Of a stretch of DNA of 64,000 nt, positions 55,275 through 64,000 are shown piece after piece; position 1 is the first letter of the stretch, and each line of letters opens with the position of its first letter. The position numbers and the translations under genes are program-made. Location of the stretch: NCBI RefSeq assembly GCF_009914755.1, contig NC_060947.1. One strand, 5' to 3'. The DNA comes from the human T2T-CHM13v2.0 reference genome, Homo sapiens. The notes below the pieces were generated by a model. That model did no database searches. It had not been told where the DNA came from and worked only from the letters and a program-made list of their open reading frames with translations.

Positions 55275-55810
55275 CAGTGTTTCTCAACCTTAGCTACACT
55301 CTGGGATCATTCAAGAAATATTTTAAAATACTGATGTCTGGGTCCTGCCTCCATAGATTCTGATTCAATTGGTCTAGATGTGATCTGGGCCCGGAATAGC
55401 TCAACTGTCTCCCCAGGTGATTCAGATACGCAATCAAAGCTGAGAACCAACAGTTCGATCGACGCTTTTCAAATTTTGACATGAATAAGAATCACTTGGA
55501 GACCTTGTTAACCCACAGTTTTCTTGGCCCTACTCCCAAAAACTCTGATTTAGTAGGCTTGGGGTGGGGCCAAGAATTTCTAGTTCTAACAAGCTTTCAG
55601 GTGATGCCGAGCATGATGGCCTGTGAGTAGCGTTCTGAAACTTGAACATTTGGAGTGTCAGAACCCCCTGGAGAGCTGGTCACAACAAAGACTGCCGGGC
55701 TACACCCCCTAGAGTTTTCAAGTGAGATCTGGAATGGGGCCCATGCAGGTCTAAGTTCCCAAGTGATGCTAACGCTGCTGATCCCGGGACCTCCCTTTGA
55801 GAACTACTAC
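55275..55810. mobile_element. Cluster of three adjacent MER5-type MITEs
   Basis: Three ~180-bp units (about 55275-55452, 55460-55632, 55628-55810), each with a ttctcaa/ttttcaa/ttctgaa start and a ca(g/a)gtgat core. Confidence 0.7.
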
Positions 55811-58800
55811 TCTAGATAAAAAGTACTTACTCTCCATCTGCATTTTTAAAAACATCACTTTAATAATCTACTGGCTTTCAAGACATTTTCACCACTAAAC
55901 ACCTTATCATAGCAGCTTCCACGGATTGCTGTGCCTTTGGATTAGAGAAACAAGTACATAAGGCAAAGGACATATATATTCTCCCTGTCTACTTGGATGC
56001 ACAGCTGCCCAGCACCCAGAAACCATCTGATACCATTCACCAAGCTGATGGATTGTGTGTTGTTCATTCTGCTCCTTATCTAATAGTTCTTTTATTTAAC
56101 TAATGACTGTAATTCTCATTAGATGCTGATAGAACACTAAGTTTTTTTTGTGGAACTTGGCAAAACTACTCATGGCAGGACATCAGTTGGTGAGCATTAC
56201 CTAGGCAGCAACACCCAACCCTCCCGCTGGCCTGAGCAGCAGGTGCTGGTGCTGTTAGTAATGTCGACATAAGGAGGCAATGGTTTCTCTGGCCATGGAA
56301 GATATGTTGTGATTTAATTCAAGAATTCCTTCAGTTTAGAGGTCTATTAAATGACCTTCTGTTATGCAATCTGCAGTCATGAAATCTTAAAGAAGAGAAA
56401 ACACCTTTGTTTTAGCCTAATGGAGAACAATCCCAAGGATCTGGGAATACTATTATACTCTATTTCACCTTAATGTCCTCGCACTTGTTGTTCTGAAAGC
56501 CCCTCCCTTTCCCTCCTGCTTCCGGGTCACCCTTACTCATCTATCACATCTATTTTAGCACCCAGACTAAGATAGTACCACCCGAGTGAAGTCTTTCTCA
56601 AATGTCCTATCTCTGGTCATGCTGCCTAGTTCTTGGAGTGCATTTCCGTCATGGTACTCATTACACTGCATGAGAACTGGGATTATCCTACTCACCTCCC
56701 CACAAAGCACAAGCACATAGGACAGAGGCGGTATCTAGCACATCTTTTTCTCTCCAGCACTTCCTAGCAGTGCCTGGCACAGAGAAGGTACATACGTAAC
56801 ATCTTCCACAAGAAGTTCTTTGAAGCACCAATCCCACCATCTGCTATACTTGCTAGTGTTTCCAAGATACTTCTGGATCCCTCGGTATTTCTTCCAAATG
56901 TAGTGTTTATGCCTTTGATCATCAGTGATCATTTCACAAGTGTGTGTGCTAGCCCTGACCATAAGCACCATGAGAATCTATTGTGTTCACAGTTTTATCA
57001 TCAGCATTTTTAGAATATATGGCACTTGCAAGTTCTCAGTAAATATCTGCCTGATGAAACAAATAAGTTTCTGTAAAATGGGCTGTTAAACACAGATGAA
57101 AAGTTTTTAAAAACATCAGGGCTTCAGTTAAGTAAATATTTGGGATAAGAAGCTGTAAATACTAACGTCGAGTGCAACAAATATGTCAACACAAGAAGTC
57201 ATTGAGTAGAAGTATTGTCATAAAATGTGTTGGGAGCTTTTTATGCTCCCATAAAATGCTTGGGGAGCAATCCTTTTGCATTTAGAGACCATTTAGTATT
57301 TCTTTTGGAAACGGCTTTGTTTGAATTCCCATTCCATTTACGGGCTTCTTCCAAAGAATTTCTTCTCAGATATGTCTGGAATCTCCTTTTTACCTTTTGA
57401 TTGGTTATTGTTTGGGCAAACACTCATTGTCAACTAGCAACTGATAAGTAAAGGGAAAAATACAATTACCAGTTTTTCAATAATTTTGAAGCATCAATAG
57501 AAACGGATTAAATATCACATTGCCTTCAAAAAGGGGCCAAGGTAAGGGAGATAAAAGAGGCAAATGGGAGTTTGGAAGCTCTGCTCAAAGTATTATGAAT
57601 GTTTTACAATGTATTTCAGGTCAACAAACATTGGCATCGTCGTTGCATTTTTCAGAAAAGAATGTAAGCTGGGAAAAAAGTTTAGAGGCAAATTAAGACT
57701 TGAGAGACAGTTCTAAGTGGAAATAAGGGGGATGGGAAAAGAACCCTGTATTGAAACATCATTGATTTCCTTCTCACCCATAAACCTACACTCTGCTAAA
57801 ATGTGTTAACTGCAGCAAAATGATTAACTCGGTGAGTCTAGCATGTGGGAAGTAAATGACATATGTAACGAGGAACTGGCCTGGAGGTAGCGCCAGAAGT
57901 ATATCCAAGATGGCAAGATGAAGCAAGAGTACAACAACTTCCTGGTGTAGTGCCTTTCAGAAAATCTCCCTCTGTTTTGTTGCACATGACTTCTTTATCT
58001 TACTCAACTCATTGTGTAATAAGGTAGAAGTAGAAAGAACATCCTTCAAAATTATTGGAAAGTGACAGAATGTTTGAGTGGATGGCTTTGCAAACTGTTG
58101 AAAATGTTTCATCCTCAATACCAAATGACATTTCTGCTAGCATAATGCCATGCTTTTTTCCCCCTTCTAATACTATACAATATTAGATTTTGCATGGAAA
58201 TCACTCCATGCATCCATTTGACAATTTATCGAGTACCTGTTTCATGTGCTATGTACTGAGAATGCGCCCACGAACATGACAGATAATATATCTGCACATA
58301 ATTTACAGTCCAGTAAGAATTACAGCTTAGCTTCTTCCTGTCTTACTCCAGATAAAGACCCTTTTCCCTCATTCCACCCTCTCAAGGTGCATAACTTAAT
58401 AAGTCAGCATGCTTAATACTGTTCGATCTAATTGTCTTGAGAATGTCATTTTCTTCCCATCCCACCTTTTTCAAAAGTATTTAATGACTCCTTTTTGCAC
58501 AGAGGTTCACATTCAAGCTCCTCAGGCTAACAACTCATCCCACTGTAAATTTGTATTAATCATATTCTAATTGTCCTCTTTTGTCCCTCAACATGGGCCT
58601 GCCACTCTGGTCACTCCTTGGCTGCTCAATATACCACCCGTGTTCTTTGCGGGGGAGCTCAAGTCATTTGTTTTTTCCTTTCATCTGAAGACACATTTGG
58701 GTGAGACTTGGGGATTTGTATGTTTAAGCACCCAGAGTGACTCTGACATACCACTACTCTATCTATAAACTCTGCTTACAACCTAAGGCCAATTCAGATC

Positions 58801-60630
58801 CTACTCTTTCTAGAAAACATTCATTAACTGTTACTTCTCATCATGATTTCTTCATTCTTTATAGTACAATAACACTTACTGTCTCATTTATTTCGGCATA
58901 TATAGTCCCAGAGCTATGTAATTACGCCTGTTTCATAGACACAGGTCTTATCCCTCCAATGAGAAGACATGTTCTATAGGAGAAGCAGCTATTATCTTGG
59001 ACCTGTATTGAACCTCTCAACCGCACCTAGCATGGCTCTAAGTATACTTGCAGCATACATTGTGTACTTATTTTATTTTAACATCATGACTCTTCTAGCA
59101 ACTTTTGTGAGTTGCATTTAACTTCTTCAGTCTCTGTAGGGCTTACTTCACAATAGGTCTCAGTGAATGAATTAACCCTTAGAGTGTCCGTTTCATCTAA
59201 AGGAGGATTGCCTGTTTTTGCAAGTTCCAGCATCTAATGTTTCACCTTGAAAAATATTAACCCTGATGTAGGTCAAATATATGTAAAGCTGTATTAACTT
59301 TGTTTTTCAAAGACATCATCATTTTTTTCTTTTTTCTCTGTGAGGGCTTTTTTTTTTCTTTTATAAAGTAAAAATAATTTCAAAAATCATATTGTTCTCT
59401 TGTGATGAGAAAGCACATACAAAATTTTATTTAAGCAACTTGAACACGCATCAAATTGTTCCCTTTGACAAAAAGAGAAAACTACTTGTCTGGGCTCACT
59501 AGATTACCATGTACTATGTCACGACGAATATATTTCTAAAGCCAAACATGAAAATTTAATTATCTTGAGCTACATAATTGTTCTTCTTTGGCTTCTTGCC
59601 GAATTTTATAATTTTTTCAATAGATCGAACTGAATTTACAAGATAATCTTTGAATTTAAAACAAAGTACATTACTTTTTAAGCCAGTAAGTTAAAATTCC
59701 AATTCTAAAATATTACAGTGCACTCCCAAAGCATTGTGGTTTAAAATATTCAAAATTATATAATGATAATCTCAGTGCTTTTCAGTTTTAAGGTATTCAT
59801 GTTTTAGTCAAATGTGATTATACTTTTATTCGTATCTTTCTTACACATGTTTCAAAGCTTGTAAAATAATTATCTTATTTGTTCTAAAACTTCCTTACGT
59901 ATGCTGTGCTTTGTCCCATCTCAATGAAATTACATGCAGCAAATTTGTTCCTAAGTCTTGTGTTCAACACTGAGACTGTAATTCCTGACGCTGTCATTCT
60001 ACTTTTTGAAAATTTTACATTCAAATAGAATATCTCAACTCTTTCTATTTGTCTGTCTTCAGATAACTTATTTTAGTTTGTTAAATCTCAGAATTTTCAC
60101 CCTATTCATGGGGCTAAGTTGAATTAATTCTTAAATTGTGAGGATTTGGAGAAATTATAGATATTAAAGCCCTAGCACAAATTCTGAAACATAGCGGCTT
60201 TTTTGCAAATGTTCATTTTGCCTATGGATCCACCTGCAAGGTGGGCAAGGAAAGGGTTTGTAGTTCTATTGCATAAGGCTTTGAAATTCACTAGTAGATC
60301 ACGATCAGTGGATTGAATCTGCTGCCTTACTATCTACGTTAAAGCCAGTTATCAGTCTTGCTGGCACATCAACAAAGCCTGTCTTTCTTTCAATTAAAAG
60401 TTGCAATTACAACTTGCTTTCTTTTAAACCTCTCATAGTGATTCAACCTACTTGTCCCCAAAGCGTATTTGATTGAAAATCATGCTGGGCCGGCCCAACA
60501 AATTTCACACTTATGAGAAATTCACCAACCCTTCTCATATCATCAGCTTATTCCCCCATCCAAAAGACATTCCCAGTAAAGTAACATTAACTGTTTAGTT
60601 AATTAAAGACCATCTTCAGAATATAGAAAC

Positions 60631-60962
60631 TGTTATGGACTGAAGTAGGTCTCCTCAACCCCATTCATATGTTGAAGTTTTAACCCCTGCAAGTGGAGGT
60701 AGGGCCTTTAAAGGGGTAATTAAGGTTAAATGAGTTCATATGGGTAGGACCTTAATCCAATAAGTCTAATGTCCTCATAAAAGGAAGAACAGCTACAAGG
60801 GATGCACATACACAGAGGAAAGGTCATGAAGGAGAAGGCGGCTATCTGCAAGCCAATGGGGGAGGACTCACCAGAAACCAACCCTGTCATCACCTTAATC
60901 TTAGACGTTCAACTTCCGGAACTGTAAGAAATACATTTCTGTTGCTTAAGCCACCCAGTGGG
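60631..60962 (+). mobile_element. MLT1 (MLT1A/B-like) LTR
   Basis: tgttatggactgaa...ttcatatgttgaag...ctatctgcaagcca...ctcaccagaaaccaaccctg...aagccacccagt. Confidence 0.8.
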
Positions 60963-61229
60963 TGTTTACCTTGCTTAAGTCATGGATATTTTGAAATTTT
61001 TATATACAAACAAAAGTAATGCCAATTAATAATTATATCTATTTAACAACTAGCTATATATTTTATATATCCAAAGTTAATCAACCGAATTGACCCAGTA
61101 AGTGTAATCTTTGCTTATGTAAACAATACAAACCCTTAGCTCATTTAGATTGGCTCCAATAAAATATTTTTTAAATTCAGTTAAAGTCTTAAACATGGAT
61201 CACTTACATAGCAAATATGTGTGCACTAC

Positions 61230-62150
61230 AAATTGCAGCTAATCAATCATTTCTATTTATGTGTGCATACCCTATGACCTGACAATACTACTAGCGAATA
61301 CTGTTGAGAAATTTTTAAACATGCACTATAAAACATATACAAGAACACATGTGTGTTGTGGTTTGTGATGAACAAAAACATAAAAACAACCCAAATGTCC
61401 ATACGCATGTAAAATATATACATTGTGTTATATACATACAATGAGTTGCACATTGATCAACGTAAATATGTAAAACATAGTATTGAGAGAAAAGAATTCA
61501 CAGAGAAGATTAGAGATGGGGTGGTTCCCTTAATATAAAGTTCAAATCCAGGCAAACTAAAACTAGCTACTCTTTAAAGATACAAATACAGGTGTTGAAC
61601 ATACGTTTTTTAAAAAATGAGCATTGTTTACTAGAAATTCAAGATAATGGTTACTTTTGGCTCTGGGGGGAAGGAAGGTGATTAGCAAGGGGTAACATAG
61701 GGAGCTTCTCCCAAAATACTGATGGTGTTCTTCTTATTTGAAACTCAGAATGTTGGAACACAGATGTTCATATTATTCTTTAAACCTGTGCTGTCCAACA
61801 CGGTAGCCATTAGCCACCTGTGGCTATTGAACAATTCAAATGTGACTAATGCAAATTGCAATGTGCCATAAATGTAAAATATACACTAGATTTCAGAGAC
61901 TTACTAAAGAAAAAGGTTAAATACATAATTAGTAATTTTTATATTGATTACATATTTAAATAATTGTGATTTGGATATACTAGGCTAAATAAAGTATCCT
62001 ATTACATTAATTTCTCTGTTTCTTTTTCTAATATGGCTAGTAGAAAATTGAAAACTACGTATTTGACTCACATTATATTTCCATTGGACAACACCACTTT
62101 AAACACTCCCTGTAAACGTTTATATTGTGATATATTTCATAATAAAAAAT
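61230..62150 (+). mobile_element. Old L1ME-like 3' fragment (interrupted by MER33)
   Basis: acaacccaaatgtccat...aaagttcaaatccaggcaaactaaa...ttcaagataatggttac...atatttcataataaaa. Confidence 0.6.
61786..62096. mobile_element. MER33-like hAT-Charlie MITE with intact 8-bp TSD
   Basis: TIRs ctgtgctgtccaa / ttggacaacacca. TSD ctttaaac at 61778-61785 and 62097-62104. Confidence 0.85.
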
Positions 62151-62941
62151 AAATATGTGTTAATTGTATAATAAAATCCAGGTTTTCACCCTTAAGGATA
62201 AAAGGAGTAGTTTTCCTTTCTAAATACAATATAAACCAGTTCAATGGAACTTATAAAACTATGGACACCTTCTAAGTAAGTCATTTTTTTTAAAGTAGTA
62301 GGTATACATTACCTCAATCATTCAAAAGCAATGAGATGTGGTTAATTTCAACACATATACAGAATCACTTTTTTAAAATCTGCTCTAAAAATCCAGAAAA
62401 GGGGCCTGGATTTTCCCAAAGGCAAATCTGAGTGGTGAGTTGATATATTGAATTATCACTGAGAAAGAAACCAAAATTCAATGAAATCTTAATATAGCCT
62501 ACGTGGACAAGTATACAAAATTTGAGCATAGCAACGATACAATTTAAGGATTTTGCTCTAAACTAATTCAATAATTAGGGAAGCTACAGAATGCCTATAT
62601 TAAAAATTATCTCTCCTTTGTGGAACTCAATCTGACCATACAATTTGCAAAGCAGATAAATTACATAATTTAGCATTGAATACTTCATCTGAATAGTAAG
62701 GTATGAATATCTAATGGCCTCTCTGTTTTCTAAAATCTGCTAGAGTCAGAATGTCATGTACAAGTTCTAAAGAATTTTTAAGAGAAAAAGGGAATTAAAG
62801 GTTATTGAGACTTTGAAATCTATTTTTATCAGTTGACACTGGAAGAGAAACGTGGGTATACACACATACATATATCTTCTGTCTTTATAGTTTATATAGA
62901 TTCAATGGAAAATAAATTCAGAATCTGAAAATGAATTTTGA

Positions 62942-63363
<422 letters not shown>

Positions 63364-63877
63364 AGAACTTGGTATAATTCTTCCATTCACTTTCTTTGCA
63401 ACTTCGGAAAAATTTCTAACTTATGAACATCAGTTTTCTCAATTACTGTATAATAACTATGCTATCACTTTGAAGGATTCCTAGGAGCATTAAATGTAGG
63501 GTGCCTGTCCTACTGCAGGTATCTAAGACCTCGGGGGTATTATCATCTTAGTTTATCATCAAATAATGCTAGAGAAGGAAACCAGCATTAGTTCTGCTGT
63601 TCTACCCTCTTCACTAACAGAATTTGATAATCTACATTTGAGTGAGACCTCTAAATAATAGAAGACATGCAGCTAGTCACAATATCGACGTGTATATCTC
63701 ACTCTGTCAATAAAACTGCACTTACAAAAACAGAAAAGCAAAAAATATTTTATTTATAATGTTAAAGGAAGAGAATGGTGCTCCTAAAAAGAAAAGGGAC
63801 ATAAATATGTTAAATTGACATAAATATGTCAAGAGGAAAATAGCATTTCTCTTTGAATATACCAAAAAGTACATATA

Positions 63878-64000
63878 ACATCACAGCACTATTCACAATG
63901 GCAAAGACATGCAATCAACCTAGGTGCCCATTAATGGTGGACAGGATAAAGAATGTGGCGCGTATACACCATGGAATACTACACAGCCATAAAAACTAAC
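63878..64000 (+). mobile_element. L1 ORF2 C-terminal fragment, runs off the window
   Basis: catcacagcactattcacaatggcaaagacatg...tacaccatggaatactacacagccataaaaa. Confidence 0.85.

Overview
This is human (primate) genomic DNA from inside the dystrophin gene DMD (Xp21), transcribed on the minus strand. The only coding segment is the 176-nt exon 45 (8567..8742, -), which encodes part of a spectrin-like rod repeat. Positions 8743..64000 are the 3' ~55 kb of intron 44 and 1..8566 are the 5' part of intron 45. The rest is AT-rich intron carrying Alu, L1, L2, MIR, CR1/L3, MaLR/ERVL LTR and hAT/mariner relics, plus the diagnostic STR45 (CA)n marker. All other ORFs in the track are repeat-derived or chance. 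I see no new biological system. The most notable signals are two latent pseudoexons, each one base away from a perfect GT donor (5275..5411 and 17936..18006), two candidate recursive-splice AG|GT sites, a twin-primed 5'-inverted L1 with nearby templated duplications, an inverted Alu pair, and a CpG-retaining unique segment. Repeat subfamily calls and literature variant names are from memory and were not checked by any search.
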